From positions 2,368,385 to 2,432,384 of the forward strand of contig OY730415.1 in the NCBI GenBank assembly GCA_963422635.1: a DNA stretch of 64,000 bases, read 5' to 3'. Source of the DNA: Dehalococcoidia bacterium (GTDB taxonomy: Bacteria > Chloroflexota > Dehalococcoidia > Lucifugimonadales > UBA3495). A program made the translations under genes and the position numbers. The notes beneath the pieces were generated by a model that had not been told where the DNA came from, made no database searches, and saw nothing but the letters and a program-made list of their open reading frames with translations. Positions within the stretch are counted from its first letter, which is position 1; the number at the start of each line of letters is the position of its first letter. Shown here one piece after another: positions 47,966 to 58,324 of the stretch.

Positions 47966-49684
47966 ATGGTTGAAACTACTCGGCAATGGCAACTGCCTAC
48001 CCGTCCGGAAGAAATGGAAATCCAAGGCTTTCCCCCCGATTTACCCTTGGGTTTGGCCCAAGTATTGCTGGCCCGGGGCATTAACAGTGGGGAAAAACTG
48101 CGCCTTTTCACCCAGCCACCGCACCGCTTGCCTTACAACCCCCTGCGCTTGGGCGGTATGGAAGCAGCCCTGCGTCGGCTCTATCGCTCCATTGACAAAT
48201 TCGGGGCAGTGCAATGCGGCAACGAAATAGTGGGTATCGTGGGGGATTTTGACGTGGACGGGGTAACCGGCACGGCGATTCTCCAGGAAGGTTTGACTGA
48301 TTTCGGCCTCCAAGTCATTCCCTACTTGCCCCATCGCGTAACGGAGGGACACGGGCTATCCGCCGATGCGGTAAACCTGCTGGGCGACCGGGGAGCTACC
48401 CTGATAATTACTGTGGACTGCGGAGTGTCCTCAACCGCGGAAGTGGCCCTGGCCCGTCGGCGAGGAATTGAGGTAATTGTCACCGACCACCACGTTCCAC
48501 CGGCAGACCCTCCCGAGGCTGTAGCCATCATCAACCCGCGGATGCCGGGTAATGAGTATCCTTTTCCTCAGCTATGCGGAGCGGGGCTGGCTTTCAAGCT
48601 GATGCAGGGGCTCTACCAACGTCACGGACGGCCAATGCCACCCGACCTGCTGGAATTGGCCGCCTTGGGCACCTTGGCGGACCTGGTGCCTTTGCAAGAC
48701 GAAAACCGCTACTTGGTGCGCGAGGGATTGAATGAACTGGCCCGAACCCAACGCCCCGGGCTGCGCGCCTTGTACCAGTTGGCCGGTATCCAGGCTGACG
48801 CGATTAACGCCGAAACCGTTTCCTTCCAGATTGCGCCACGCCTCAACTCGCCGGGCCGGATGGGCCATGCGCAGGACAGTCTTCAACTGCTAATCACCCG
48901 ATGCCCGGAAGAGGCCGGTAAGTTGGCTCAACGACTGGAAGAGTTGAACCTAGAGCGGCGGGAACTGACTCGGCAGGTCTATGCCAAGACCCAGGCCGAG
49001 GTGGAAAGCCGCGAAAACTTGCCGCCGATTATCCTGGTTACCGAACCTCGGCTTACCCCCGGTGTAGCCGGCTTGGTGGCTGGTCGGCTGGCCGAGTCGT
49101 TCCACCGCCCAGCGATCGCCCTTGCCCCGCTGGACGGGGACTGTCTGCTAGCCAGTGGGCGGAGTATCCCGCAATTCGACCTAATAGAGGCTTTTGCCGC
49201 CTGCGCCGACCTGTTCGTCCGCTACGGCGGCCACGCCCAAGCTGGCGGGTTTACCATCGCCCGGGAAAACTTACCGCTGCTGGAGCAACGGCTGTCCGCC
49301 ATCGCCGGGGAGCGTCTGGAGGATGCAGATCTGCGTCCCGTCCTGTCCATTGACGCGGAAGTAGACTTGGCCGACCTGATCCCCGATTTTCTCCGCCGCC
49401 TGGCCGAATTGGAACCCTTTGGCCCAAGCAACCGGCAACCAGTTTTTCTGACCCGGAAACTACAAGTCATCGAGGCGCGGCAAATGGGAGGCTTGGGGCA
49501 GCATCTGAAGTTACAGGTTAAAGGAGGAGGGCAGCAGTATCCGGCGCTGGCCTTTAACCGGGCCGAAGAGTGGGACGAGGGCGTTTCAACGATAGACTTG
49601 GCCTATTCAATCAGTGTGGACTATTGGCGGGGCGTGAAACGAGTGAATCTGTTGGTGGCGGATTTCCGACAGACAAGCAGTTAA
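47966..49684 (+). CDS. recJ: single-stranded-DNA-specific exonuclease RecJ
   Basis: DHH motifs (GDFDVDGVTG, TVDCG, VTDHH) and a DHHA1 region (GGHAQAGG). Confidence 0.9.
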   Translation: MVETTRQWQLPTRPEEMEIQGFPPDLPLGLAQVLLARGINSGEKLRLFTQPPHRLPYNPLRLGGMEAALRRLYRSIDKFGAVQCGNEIVGIVGDFDVDGVTGTAILQEGLTDFGLQVIPYLPHRVTEGHGLSADAVNLLGDRGATLIITVDCGVSSTAEVALARRRGIEVIVTDHHVPPADPPEAVAIINPRMPGNEYPFPQLCGAGLAFKLMQGLYQRHGRPMPPDLLELAALGTLADLVPLQDENRYLVREGLNELARTQRPGLRALYQLAGIQADAINAETVSFQIAPRLNSPGRMGHAQDSLQLLITRCPEEAGKLAQRLEELNLERRELTRQVYAKTQAEVESRENLPPIILVTEPRLTPGVAGLVAGRLAESFHRPAIALAPLDGDCLLASGRSIPQFDLIEAFAACADLFVRYGGHAQAGGFTIARENLPLLEQRLSAIAGERLEDADLRPVLSIDAEVDLADLIPDFLRRLAELEPFGPSNRQPVFLTRKLQVIEARQMGGLGQHLKLQVKGGGQQYPALAFNRAEEWDEGVSTIDLAYSISVDYWRGVKRVNLLVADFRQTSS

Positions 49685-49728
49685 GGATACCTTCTTTAAT
49701 GGCTATTCCAACGGTGGGTGAAAGGGGA

Positions 49729-50211
49729 TTAACCCTCCGGTTTCTCCCAGGGAAAGTGCTGGTAAACCGCATCTTGCAAGTAGAAAGGCTTGAAATTGAG
49801 AAAATAATCGGCCTTGAAGTTGGTCGTGTGCCGGGTGTAAAGGGAGGCGTAGCGAACATCCAGCAGGTCGTAAGGCGGTTGGTTAAAAATCTTGTCGTTG
49901 ATTCGCTGGAAAGCCTTTCCGGTGTCATTGATTTCGTCCACCACTAGGATTCGATGATGGGCGCCGGGACTGTCCAGCAAAACGTCGCCGCAGATGAAGA
50001 AGATGGGACGTTCAAGAAAGTGACACAGGTGGGTAGCCGGCACCAGACCGCCCCGAACTACGGCGACTATGGCATCGGGTCGCCAGCCGTCCTTTGCGGA
50101 AACAATCAGGTCGCACAGCAAGCCGATGCCGTGGCATATTTCCGGATAGTCAACGTGGCGTCTTTGCCGGTCCATCAAGCCAGTCAAATGCTCCGGAGGA
50201 ACATCCTTCAA
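49729..50211 (-). CDS. phosphoribosyltransferase-family protein
   Basis: PRPP-binding motif ILVVDEINDTGKAF. Confidence 0.7.
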   Translation of the reverse strand: MKDVPPEHLTGLMDRQRRHVDYPEICHGIGLLCDLIVSAKDGWRPDAIVAVVRGGLVPATHLCHFLERPIFFICGDVLLDSPGAHHRILVVDEINDTGKAFQRINDKIFNQPPYDLLDVRYASLYTRHTTNFKADYFLNFKPFYLQDAVYQHFPWEKPEG

Positions 50212-50266
50212 CTACAACTACCTCGGCCAACAGCCTCGGCAGCAACAGGATGTTCCTCCTCTTGGG

Positions 50267-51163
50267 TTACGGGGCGTTGCCGGACGGTTCCGATGTCCGA
50301 CGGCTCGTATTTACGAACTGGGCCTTATATACCAAGAGCGGTATGGTAATTGCGACAACAATCAGAGCCACAATCTGCGCCTCGTTCAACGCCCCGCCGA
50401 AGTAAGTGTTAACCTCAACTCTCAGGAAACTCAGGAAAAACCGGCCAATGGAATAGAGGGCGCCGTAGAGAACGAACACCATCCCATGAGGCCGTAGCCG
50501 GTGTCGCAACGGCCAAATAATCGCTAAAACGACCAGGTCAAACAACAACTCATAGGCTACTGCAGGATGGCTGGCGGCTCGATTAACGCCGGGACTGTCC
50601 ACGTGGGTATAGACTACGCCCCAAGGCAAGTCGGTAAACTTGGCCCAATGCTCTCCATTGATGACGTCCCCAATGCGCCCGATGGCCATGGCAATCAGCA
50701 AGGCCGGGGCAACTATATCGGCTAGACGGCCAATTTGGGGCAGCGGAGCCTTGTCCGGCTCTCCGGCGAAGCGGAAAAACTTATCCCAAAAGTTCAGGAA
50801 CCAGTTAGAGTTGCGAATAAGAATGTAGGCGGAGCCGCCGACAAACCCGCCCAGAATGGCTCCGTAGATGGCGATACCGCCTTGCCAGACCATTACTATC
50901 AGTAGCGGGTTAGCGGCATACAAGCTCCAGAAGTCCAGGACGTGAAGCAGCCGGGCGCCAATGATGCCGCCGATGATGCACCAAACGGACACCGACAGGA
51001 TGGCGTCGCCGTCCAGACCCTCCCGTCGGCCCCAACGGACGGTCAGGATTACCGCCGTGGCCACCGCCACAAAGGTAAGAAAGCCGTGCCACGACAGCAG
51101 GAAGGGGCCAATATCAATGATATTGGGATTAAAGGGAATACTAATTGCGCCCAGTATGCTCAT
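50267..51163 (-). CDS. lgt: prolipoprotein diacylglyceryl transferase
   Basis: Lgt pattern (..WHGFL...., GARLLHV, GGIAIYGAILGG, GRIGDVINGEH), multi-TM. Confidence 0.9.
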   Translation of the reverse strand: MSILGAISIPFNPNIIDIGPFLLSWHGFLTFVAVATAVILTVRWGRREGLDGDAILSVSVWCIIGGIIGARLLHVLDFWSLYAANPLLIVMVWQGGIAIYGAILGGFVGGSAYILIRNSNWFLNFWDKFFRFAGEPDKAPLPQIGRLADIVAPALLIAMAIGRIGDVINGEHWAKFTDLPWGVVYTHVDSPGVNRAASHPAVAYELLFDLVVLAIIWPLRHRLRPHGMVFVLYGALYSIGRFFLSFLRVEVNTYFGGALNEAQIVALIVVAITIPLLVYKAQFVNTSRRTSEPSGNAP

Positions 51164-51194
51164 CGGTATGCTCTCACCCCAGGGTTAAGATTGC

Positions 51195-52082
51195 TTATGT
51201 CTCCTGATACGACATTTTGCCGGCCGGGAATTGGAAAGCCTCTCGCCCCAAGGTACGTACAAAATACGCCTCGGCCTCGAAAGGTTGCAAGGCTTTTGCC
51301 AACCGGAAGTACTCCTCTTCGCCGGAGGGCCAGCAAAACAGAGCCGGCCCGGCGCCGGTAAGATGGGGCCGCCGGCCAGTTGTCTTCTCCGCCAGACCGT
51401 ATAATTCCTCCAGCTCGGGGAACATCCGAAAGGCCACCTCTTCAAATACGTTTTGCAGCAAGTTTTCTACGCTCCGACCGGCCATCAGATTTTCCGCTAC
51501 CCGGCCGGTTAGCCTTCCGTCGCCGTAGTGAACCGGCGTTAGCTCTGCGTAAAGCCGGGCCGTTTTACTTGCCCGCGTAGCCCGGGGACAGATTAGAGTA
51601 ATTGCCGTATCGGGCAAAGGCGGCAGGGGAGCAACTATCTCTCCTCGCCCCTTGGCCAGAGCCGTGCCGCCTCGCAAGAAGTAAGGCACATCCGACCCTA
51701 GCGTCGCTGCGATACGGGATAGTTCGGACAAGGGCAAGTCCAGTTCCCAAAGCCGGTTCAGGGACGCTAGGGCTGCGCCGGCGTCGCTGCTGCCTCCACC
51801 TAAGCCCATACCTACCGGAATGCCCTTTTTAATCTGGATACAGGCTTGCGGACGACGGCCACAGCGCTGGGCCAACGCCTCTGCCGCTCGCCACACCAAG
51901 TTGTTTTCGCCGTCTAAGGACGAATCGTCGCACACCACCCGAAGGGAAGGGGCGGGACTAATTTCCAGTTGGTCGGCCAGGTCAATGGACTGGATGACCG
52001 TCCGCACCTCGTGGTAGCCGTCGTCCCGGCGGCCCAAAACTTCCAGGGTGAGGTTCAGCTTGGCAAAGGCCGAAACTCTCAA
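51195..52082 (-). CDS. ispE: 4-(cytidine 5'-diphospho)-2-C-methyl-D-erythritol kinase
   Basis: AFAKLNLTLEV..RRDDGYH and the GHMP motif GIPVGMGLGGGSSDAGA. I favour the TTG at 52082, which overlaps the rsmA stop by 4 nt. The track ORF extends to 52154. Confidence 0.85.
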   Translation of the reverse strand: MRVSAFAKLNLTLEVLGRRDDGYHEVRTVIQSIDLADQLEISPAPSLRVVCDDSSLDGENNLVWRAAEALAQRCGRRPQACIQIKKGIPVGMGLGGGSSDAGAALASLNRLWELDLPLSELSRIAATLGSDVPYFLRGGTALAKGRGEIVAPLPPLPDTAITLICPRATRASKTARLYAELTPVHYGDGRLTGRVAENLMAGRSVENLLQNVFEEVAFRMFPELEELYGLAEKTTGRRPHLTGAGPALFCWPSGEEEYFRLAKALQPFEAEAYFVRTLGREAFQFPAGKMSYQET

Positions 52083-52966
52083 CCCGGTTCTCCCGCTTTT
52101 CCCCCGGAAAGTTCCCGACACCGAGCCTCCCAAACGGTATAGACGGAGGCCCATTCCTCCAAAGCCAGGGTTTCCGCCCGCCGACGTCCGTCCACCCGCC
52201 CGGATTCCAGCAACTCGCCAACCGTGCCGGGGGGCAACCCCAAGCCGTGGCTCAAGGAGTTGCGCAATTGCTTGCGGGGAGCGGTAAAGCCGGCCCGCAC
52301 CAAGTCAAAAAACGCTTCCGTATCGGATACTTCCACCATCGGGCGCTCCAACAAATCCAGACGCACTATCGCCGAAGTAACTTTGGGAACCGGTCGGAAG
52401 GCGCTGGGCGGCACGAGACAGACCGGCCGAGGCACAGCATAGTATTGGGTCGCCACGGAAAGCAGGGACATTTGGCCTGGGGTAGCCGTCATACTGTCGG
52501 CTACCTCCCGCTGCACCATCAAGACCATCAATCGGGGGCGGGGCTTCGATTCCAAGAACCGGCGGACAATCGGGTTGGCGGCATAATAGGGAAGGTTGGC
52601 TACCACCTTGTAAGCAAGCCGTCCTTCCACCCGGTCGTCCACCCCGAATTCGACCAGGGAGCCAAGTTCCACCGTCCTGGCGTCGGCGGTAACTACGGTC
52701 AAGTTGGGGGGGGTGCCCAACCGTCCCGGTAGGGCATCGGCCAGCTTGGCGTCCAGCTCCACCGCCACCACTCGGGCCGCTTGAGGCAACAACCGGCGGG
52801 TCAACGCCCCGCGACCCGGGCCAATCTCCAGAACCACGTCCTCCGGCGCCAAATCCGCCGCAGCCACGATGCGGCTAAGGATACGGTCATCTGCAAGAAA
52901 ATGCTGGCCGAGAGATTTGCGGGGTCTAGCCGATGGCGGAGATGGGCTGATTAAAGCAGTATTCAC
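52079..52966 (-). CDS. rsmA: 16S rRNA (adenine1518/1519-N6)-dimethyltransferase
   Basis: KSLGQHFLAD, the SAM motif VLEIGPGRGALT, and NLPYY. GTG start. Confidence 0.9.
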   Translation of the reverse strand: MNTALISPSPPSARPRKSLGQHFLADDRILSRIVAAADLAPEDVVLEIGPGRGALTRRLLPQAARVVAVELDAKLADALPGRLGTPPNLTVVTADARTVELGSLVEFGVDDRVEGRLAYKVVANLPYYAANPIVRRFLESKPRPRLMVLMVQREVADSMTATPGQMSLLSVATQYYAVPRPVCLVPPSAFRPVPKVTSAIVRLDLLERPMVEVSDTEAFFDLVRAGFTAPRKQLRNSLSHGLGLPPGTVGELLESGRVDGRRRAETLALEEWASVYTVWEARCRELSGGKAGEPG

Positions 52967-52991
52967 AGCGTCAACAGTTCATCCATAGTTA

Positions 52992-53265
52992 GAGACCGCG
53001 CACCTCCCGTCGACGAAGACTCGCTGAGCGTGTCCCGGACTACAGCTCCGGCCAGGCTTTCCCACGGCGCCCGCAAGTTCCTGCTTACCGTTGCTTCCTC
53101 TCGGACCTGGCGGAGTTCACAAGTATGCGCCGCGTGGGACCCGGCCTTCAACACTGTCATTCCGGGATATTGGCCCCTCAAACCCAGCCTAGGGGAGGGA
53201 TTCCACCCCGCTGTAGCGGATTGCGGGTATAGGGCACCGCTAGCTCCCCGTCTAGCACGGCCTCC
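52992..53265 (-). ncRNA. ffs: signal recognition particle RNA, long (Alu-domain-containing) form
   Basis: The minus strand reads ...CCAGGUCCGAGAGGAAGCAACGG..., which matches the conserved helix 8 (AGGUCC, a GNRA tetraloop GAGA, then GGAAGCA). I traced extended helix-5 pairing by hand (GUCCCACG..GGCGC with GCGCCGUGGGA; CCCGGA..ACAG with CUGU..UCCGGG; UCCCUCCC with GGGAGG). The 5' part has two small hairpins typical of an Alu domain. The ends are approximate to within about 5 nt. Confidence 0.8.
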
Positions 53266-53271
53266 GGTTCA

Positions 53272-53300
53272 ATGTTAGGGTAGTATGGCAAGCCTGTCAA
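53272..53300 (-). promoter_or_regulatory. candidate promoter for SRP RNA (TTGACA, 17 nt, TAACAT on the minus strand)
   Basis: On the minus strand, -35 is at 53300-53295 and -10 at 53277-53272, which places the TSS near 53265. Confidence 0.5.
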
Positions 53301-53545
53301 ATAGTCATGCTAACGCCTCGCAAAAGCAGCGGGAGCAATTCCTTGTCAGTCAGCCGGTCGAAATCCTCCTCCAGTGAAAATGAGGAAGCGGGGCCATTGC
53401 CCCAGCAAAGGTTCTCCCCCGAGAAATTTATTATCCCTCAGCCGCGGGCGGACGAGAATAGGGAGAATAATCGGGGAACAACGGCAGAAGTCGGAATGAC
53501 GGGAACGGGGCCGGATGTTAGAATAAACGGGACGAGGAGTAAACC

Positions 53546-54412
53546 ATGCAGATAAAGAAAGCGGTCATTCCCGCCGCCGGGTTAGGCACCCGGTTTTTGC
53601 CCGTAACCAAGTCGGTGCCTAAGGAGCTGTTGCCCATTCTGGACCGTCCCATGCTTCAGTATGTGGTAGAGGAGGCGGTGGAGGCGGGTATCGAGGAAAT
53701 CATCATCGTCACAACTAAGGGCAAGGAGTCCATCGCAGCCTACTTCCAGACACAGCCGGAATTGGAGGAACGGCTGGCCGAAACCGGGGCCGATGCCCTG
53801 TTGGAGAAAGTGCGCCACGCCTCCTCCCTGGCCCAAGTATCCTTTGTTATCCAGGAGCAACCCCTGGGGCTGGGCCATGCGGTGCTGACCGCGCGGGAAG
53901 CGGTGGGCGATGCGCCTTTTGTAGTGATCTTGCCCGATGACATTGTGGCGCATACGCCAGGAGTAATATCCCAGATGCTGACGGCGGCCGGGCAGTTCAA
54001 CGCCGGCGTGGTGGCGGTGGAACGGATGCCTTGGGAGGTCGTTCCCAACTACGGAGTGGTGGACGCAGTCCCGGTGGACGAACGGGTTCATCAAGTACGC
54101 CGGCTGGTAGAGAAACCGCCGCTGGACGAGGCTCCCTCCAACCTGACCATTGTGGGCCGCTATATTCTGCCCGCGGAGATTTTCGGCTGCCTGGAGCGCA
54201 CCCCGCCGGACGCCAGGGGAGAAATTCAGTTGACCGACGGGATTGGGCGGTTGCTGGAAAGTCGGGAAGTTTACGCCTATGAGTTTCTGGGCGCCCGCTA
54301 TGACGGCGGCGCTCCGCTGGGCCTGCTGCGAGCCTCGCTGGAGTTTGCCCTAGCCCGGGAGGATACCCGGGCGGCGACTCAAGAATTGCTCCAAAACCTG
54401 ATGCCTGGTTAG
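53546..54412 (+). CDS. galU: UTP--glucose-1-phosphate uridylyltransferase
   Basis: KAVIPAAGLGTRFLPVTKSVPKELLPI and VEKP motifs. GAGGAG RBS upstream. Confidence 0.9.
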   Translation: MQIKKAVIPAAGLGTRFLPVTKSVPKELLPILDRPMLQYVVEEAVEAGIEEIIIVTTKGKESIAAYFQTQPELEERLAETGADALLEKVRHASSLAQVSFVIQEQPLGLGHAVLTAREAVGDAPFVVILPDDIVAHTPGVISQMLTAAGQFNAGVVAVERMPWEVVPNYGVVDAVPVDERVHQVRRLVEKPPLDEAPSNLTIVGRYILPAEIFGCLERTPPDARGEIQLTDGIGRLLESREVYAYEFLGARYDGGAPLGLLRASLEFALAREDTRAATQELLQNLMPG

Positions 54413-54444
54413 CTCTTAAACCAACTCTTGAGCTATTATTTATT

Positions 54445-55161
54445 ATGACAAACCCTAAAAAAGCCGGCCCCCAGCGCGCCGTCGTCCTTTCCCGGCGAAG
54501 TACGGAACGGACCGTTGCCGTCCTTTTGGGCCTCTATGCGCTGGCCTTGCTGGTTATGATTATTTCCCGCGTAAGCAGCGGCGCCGACCAGTCCACCGCC
54601 GAGGAGAGCATCCGGATGATCGGGGTTAATTCCGGCTGGTACGTCGGCATCCCCCTAGCCGCCCTGACTGCCGGCTTCCTGCTGGTAGCGGTGGCGGCCG
54701 TCAGCTACCGAGTTTTCCGAATTTGGGAGCCGACCCTGGCTTTGCTGGGTTCTCTGCTGTTCTTGAGCGCAGCTGGGGCCGTATGCCTTGGCGCCATTGG
54801 CGGGCTGACCCTGGCCCAGGAGTACGGCGGCGCTTTCCCGGCCCAGGCTCCCCCAGCGCTGGTCGAAAGCGTGGTCGGAACCTATACTGCCATCGAGCCG
54901 CTGCGGGCTTTGGCCGGCCGGGTGGGGTTCACTTTTGCCGGGCTGGGCTTGCTGACCTGGAGCGGTTTAATTACCTTCACTGGCGCCGCGCCGCGCTGGT
55001 TTGGCTGGCTGGGCTTGCCGGTAGGAGCCGTAATGTTTTTTATTTGGGTTCCGGATGCCAGCGCGATGCACCGTATCGGCGGCATCGCTTATATCCTGTG
55101 GCTGACGCTGTTGGCCGGCTGGCTGTTCGTTCGCGGGACGACGGAGAGGCCCCAAGAATAG
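54445..55161 (+). CDS. hypothetical polytopic membrane protein (possibly DUF4386-like)
   Basis: About six hydrophobic helices. I recognised no catalytic motif. Confidence 0.45.
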   Translation: MTNPKKAGPQRAVVLSRRSTERTVAVLLGLYALALLVMIISRVSSGADQSTAEESIRMIGVNSGWYVGIPLAALTAGFLLVAVAAVSYRVFRIWEPTLALLGSLLFLSAAGAVCLGAIGGLTLAQEYGGAFPAQAPPALVESVVGTYTAIEPLRALAGRVGFTFAGLGLLTWSGLITFTGAAPRWFGWLGLPVGAVMFFIWVPDASAMHRIGGIAYILWLTLLAGWLFVRGTTERPQE

Positions 55162-55248
55162 CCCTCCAACTCAGCGCCTAACCGGAATTGAATCGATTTG
55201 CGACTTTCGGCGGTAACCAGGTTATATTTAGTTGGAGTAAGAGGGACT

Positions 55249-55716
55249 ATGCTGTTTAATCTTCTCTTGGCGCTTCACGTATTCGCCGCTGTAATCTTTG
55301 TGGGGAACATGGTTACGGCGGCTTTCTGGAAGGTGTCGGCGGATCGCTCCGGTAACCTGGACCACATCGCAGCGACTACTCGCGCGTTGCTAAAGGCCGA
55401 TTATGCCTTTACCGTCCCGGGGATCGCAGGACTGCTGATTACCGGAATCTGGATGGTTGGGCTGACCAGCTGGCGGAGGTTCGAGGAGCCCTGGCTGGCT
55501 ATCTCTTTTCTGCTGATAATCGTCGTCGCTATCCTCTGGCTGGCAGTTCTACTGCCCCAGCAACGGCGTATGGCCCGGCTCTCCCAAGAAGGGGCCGCTA
55601 CCGGCGCTCTGGACCCGGCCTACGCCAAAGCCAGCCGACTTTGGGCCATCTTTGGCGGAATTGCCACTTTGCTTCCCATCGTCATCCTGGCGCTAATGGT
55701 TTTCAAGCCCGGATGA
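55249..55716 (+). CDS. DUF2269-like membrane protein
   Basis: MLFNLLLALHVFAAVIFVGNMV... and four TM helices. ATG at 55249 has a GGAGTAAGAGGG RBS and is preferred over the track TTG at 55198. Confidence 0.6.
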   Translation: MLFNLLLALHVFAAVIFVGNMVTAAFWKVSADRSGNLDHIAATTRALLKADYAFTVPGIAGLLITGIWMVGLTSWRRFEEPWLAISFLLIIVVAILWLAVLLPQQRRMARLSQEGAATGALDPAYAKASRLWAIFGGIATLLPIVILALMVFKPG

Positions 55717-55779
55717 CCAAATGCCGGATATTAACCCCGGTCCGACTAGACCAATACGCCCCGGACTTGGAGAGTTGCC

Positions 55780-56271
55780 GTGACCACCCCAAAAGAGCAG
55801 CGCCTGGGAATCATCAAGAACATCCGCGCCGAGTTGTTCCAAGTCCTGGACGGAATGGACTATTGCCTGGACTGGAGGCCCGAGCCGGATTCGTGGTCGG
55901 CCCGGGAGGTAATTACCCACATGCTGAATACGCCGCCGCCCGGAGTACCCTCCATCCTACGGGATATGCTGGCCGGCGAAATCGAGGAATACGACCTGTG
56001 GGCCGACCAAAAGTATCTAACCCCAGAGGCGCAGGGTTGGGATATGACGCAGGTGCGGGCGCAGTTTGGGAATTACTTCGAGATGTTAGAGGAGACATTG
56101 GGGGCAACCGCCGAGGATGACCTTGCCGGGGCCTCAGTAATGGTTCACCAGCGGAACCGACGCTGGGACGAGCCGCGGACAGCGCAGTGGCTGGTAGAAC
56201 GGCTCTTCGCCGGCCACTGGCGGGAACACCTGGTTCAACTACAAGAGCTACGGGATGCCTTGGGGATTTAA
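55780..56271 (+). CDS. DinB-family protein
   Basis: Four-helix-bundle pattern with spaced His residues (WSAREVITHM...; GHWREH). Confidence 0.65.
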   Translation: MTTPKEQRLGIIKNIRAELFQVLDGMDYCLDWRPEPDSWSAREVITHMLNTPPPGVPSILRDMLAGEIEEYDLWADQKYLTPEAQGWDMTQVRAQFGNYFEMLEETLGATAEDDLAGASVMVHQRNRRWDEPRTAQWLVERLFAGHWREHLVQLQELRDALGI

Positions 56272-56310
56272 GTCGCCAGTCGGGGATCGGGTGGAGGGAA
56301 AGGGCGGCGG

Positions 56311-58155
56311 TCAGCTTTCCCCGCCAATCCCCAGCAGGCTTAGAAAAGCTTCCTGCGGCACCTCTACCCGGCCTACGCTCTTCATCCGCTTCTTGCCCTC
56401 TTTCTGCTTTTCCAGCAGCTTGCGCTTGCGGGTTATATCGCCGCCATAGCACTTAGCCAACACATCCTTGCGCATTGCCCGCACCGTTTCCCGGGCGATT
56501 ATCCGACCGCCGATAGCAGCCTGAATCGGCACTTCGAATAATTGGCGGGGAATGGTGTTGCGAAGCTTTTCCACCAATGCCCGGCCGTGAGCCACCGCCC
56601 CATCCCGGTGGACAATCATAGACAAGGCTTCTACCGGTAAGTGGTTAATCAGGATGTCCACCCGGTTTAGCGGCGCCATCCGGTAGCCCAAAAAGTTATA
56701 GTCCAACGAGGCATAGCCCTGGGTGCGGGATTTAAGCTGGTTATAAAAGTCGGCCAGCAGTTCCGACAGGGGCATAGTATATTCCATGACTACCCGGGTT
56801 TGTTCCGCAGCGTCCTCACCGTCCTTGCGGGCCGTCATACCCTGAATATATTCCATGCGCTTGAAATCGGAGCGGCGGGCGTGCATCAGTTCCATTATCG
56901 CTCCTACGTGGCGGTTGGGAGCGACAATAGTCAAGTCCAATACCGGTTCCTGAATCTCCCGGATTTCGTGGGGCTGGGGCAGCTTGGACGGATTATCCAC
57001 CAGCAGGGCGCTGCCGTCTTGCAAAACTACCTGATAGGCCACACTGGGAGCGGTAACGATAAGGTCCAGATTATATTCCCGCTCCAGCCTTTCCTGGACG
57101 ATTTCCAGGTGCATCAGCCCCAGAAAGCCGCAGCGAAATCCAAAGCCCAAAGCGCCGCTGCTCTCCGGCGAACTGGACAGGGAAGCGTCATTCAGGCGGA
57201 GCTTTTCCAGAGCAGCGCGCAGGTTGTTATAGTCCTCGCCATCGGAGGGGTAAAGGCCGGCAAAGACCATTGATTTCAGCTCCACATAGCCGGGGAGAGG
57301 GGTTTCGGCGGGGCGATTGTGGTTGGTCAGCGTATCGCCAACGCTGCATTCCTGCACATCCTTGAAGCCGGTGGCGATGTAACCGACCTGGCCGGTGTGC
57401 AAGGCTGGAACCGGCGTGGGAAAAGGAGCGAACACCCCTACTTCCATAATTTCGGCGACTTTGCCGGAGGACATAACCATTATCCTGTCGTTCCTGGATA
57501 CTTGGCCGTCCTCGACCCGAACGTAAGCAATGATGCCTTTGTAGGAATTATAGACCGAGTCAAATACCAGAGCGCGCAGAGAGCTCTCCTGTTTCCCCTT
57601 GGGGGGCTGAAAGCGTTCGACAACGGCGTCGAGAATATCATTGGCTCCGGAGCCCTCCTTCGCCGACACAAAGAGGATTTCGTCATCCCGGAAACCGAAG
57701 ACCTGCCGCAGCTCGCCAGCGACCCGCTCCGGTTCGGCCTGGGGCAAGTCCACCTTGTTCACTACCGGAATCAGCTCCAAGTCATACTGCATCGCCAGCA
57801 GAGTGTTGGCGATGGTTTGAGCCTCGATTCCCTGGCTGGCGTCCACCACCAACAGCGCGCCCTCACAGGCGGCTAAGGCGCGGGAAACCTCGTAACTGAA
57901 GTCCACATGGCCCGGCGTGTCAATTAAGTTAAGCTGATAAACTTGGCCGTCCCGGGCCTTATGCTGCATCGCCACCGCCTTGCCTTTGATGGTGATACCC
58001 CGCTCCCGTTCCAAGTCCATCTGGTCCATAAACTGGGCCTTCATTTCTTGGGGGCGTACCGTGCCGGTAATTTCCAGAAAGCGGTCGGCCAAGGTGGACT
58101 TGCCGTGGTCAATATGGGCTATGATGCAAAAATTACGGATGTGTTCAGGATTCAT
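56311..58155 (-). CDS. lepA: translation elongation factor 4
   Basis: [29 protein letters not shown], and a LepA-specific C-terminus. ATG at 58155 was chosen over the track start at 58227. Confidence 0.95.
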   Translation of the reverse strand: MNPEHIRNFCIIAHIDHGKSTLADRFLEITGTVRPQEMKAQFMDQMDLERERGITIKGKAVAMQHKARDGQVYQLNLIDTPGHVDFSYEVSRALAACEGALLVVDASQGIEAQTIANTLLAMQYDLELIPVVNKVDLPQAEPERVAGELRQVFGFRDDEILFVSAKEGSGANDILDAVVERFQPPKGKQESSLRALVFDSVYNSYKGIIAYVRVEDGQVSRNDRIMVMSSGKVAEIMEVGVFAPFPTPVPALHTGQVGYIATGFKDVQECSVGDTLTNHNRPAETPLPGYVELKSMVFAGLYPSDGEDYNNLRAALEKLRLNDASLSSSPESSGALGFGFRCGFLGLMHLEIVQERLEREYNLDLIVTAPSVAYQVVLQDGSALLVDNPSKLPQPHEIREIQEPVLDLTIVAPNRHVGAIMELMHARRSDFKRMEYIQGMTARKDGEDAAEQTRVVMEYTMPLSELLADFYNQLKSRTQGYASLDYNFLGYRMAPLNRVDILINHLPVEALSMIVHRDGAVAHGRALVEKLRNTIPRQLFEVPIQAAIGGRIIARETVRAMRKDVLAKCYGGDITRKRKLLEKQKEGKKRMKSVGRVEVPQEAFLSLLGIGGES

Positions 58156-58260
58156 AGTCTCTGCATAGTAACACGGCGGCGCCAGAGTAACAAGAATAGA
58201 GGATGGGGGTAACAAGAACGACAACATATTGAGTCCAGGGACTTGTCATTGCCACCCGAC

Positions 58261-58284
58261 AACGAGAACGAGAACGAGAACGAA
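58261..58284. repeat. hexanucleotide microsatellite (AACGAG)x3 plus AACGAA
   Basis: Tandem repeat seen directly in the gap between the GT39 stop and the lepA start. Confidence 0.85.
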
Positions 58285-58324
58285 CAGCAGCGCAAGCCGG
58301 TAAAAGTAAGGGGGCCGCCGGCCG

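Noticed and set aside
52963-53555. Three ORFs (72, 82 and 82 aa) filling the rsmA-galU gap
   Set aside because: The first two overlap the SRP RNA identified on the minus strand. The third is low-complexity, runs into the galU start, and has no RBS.
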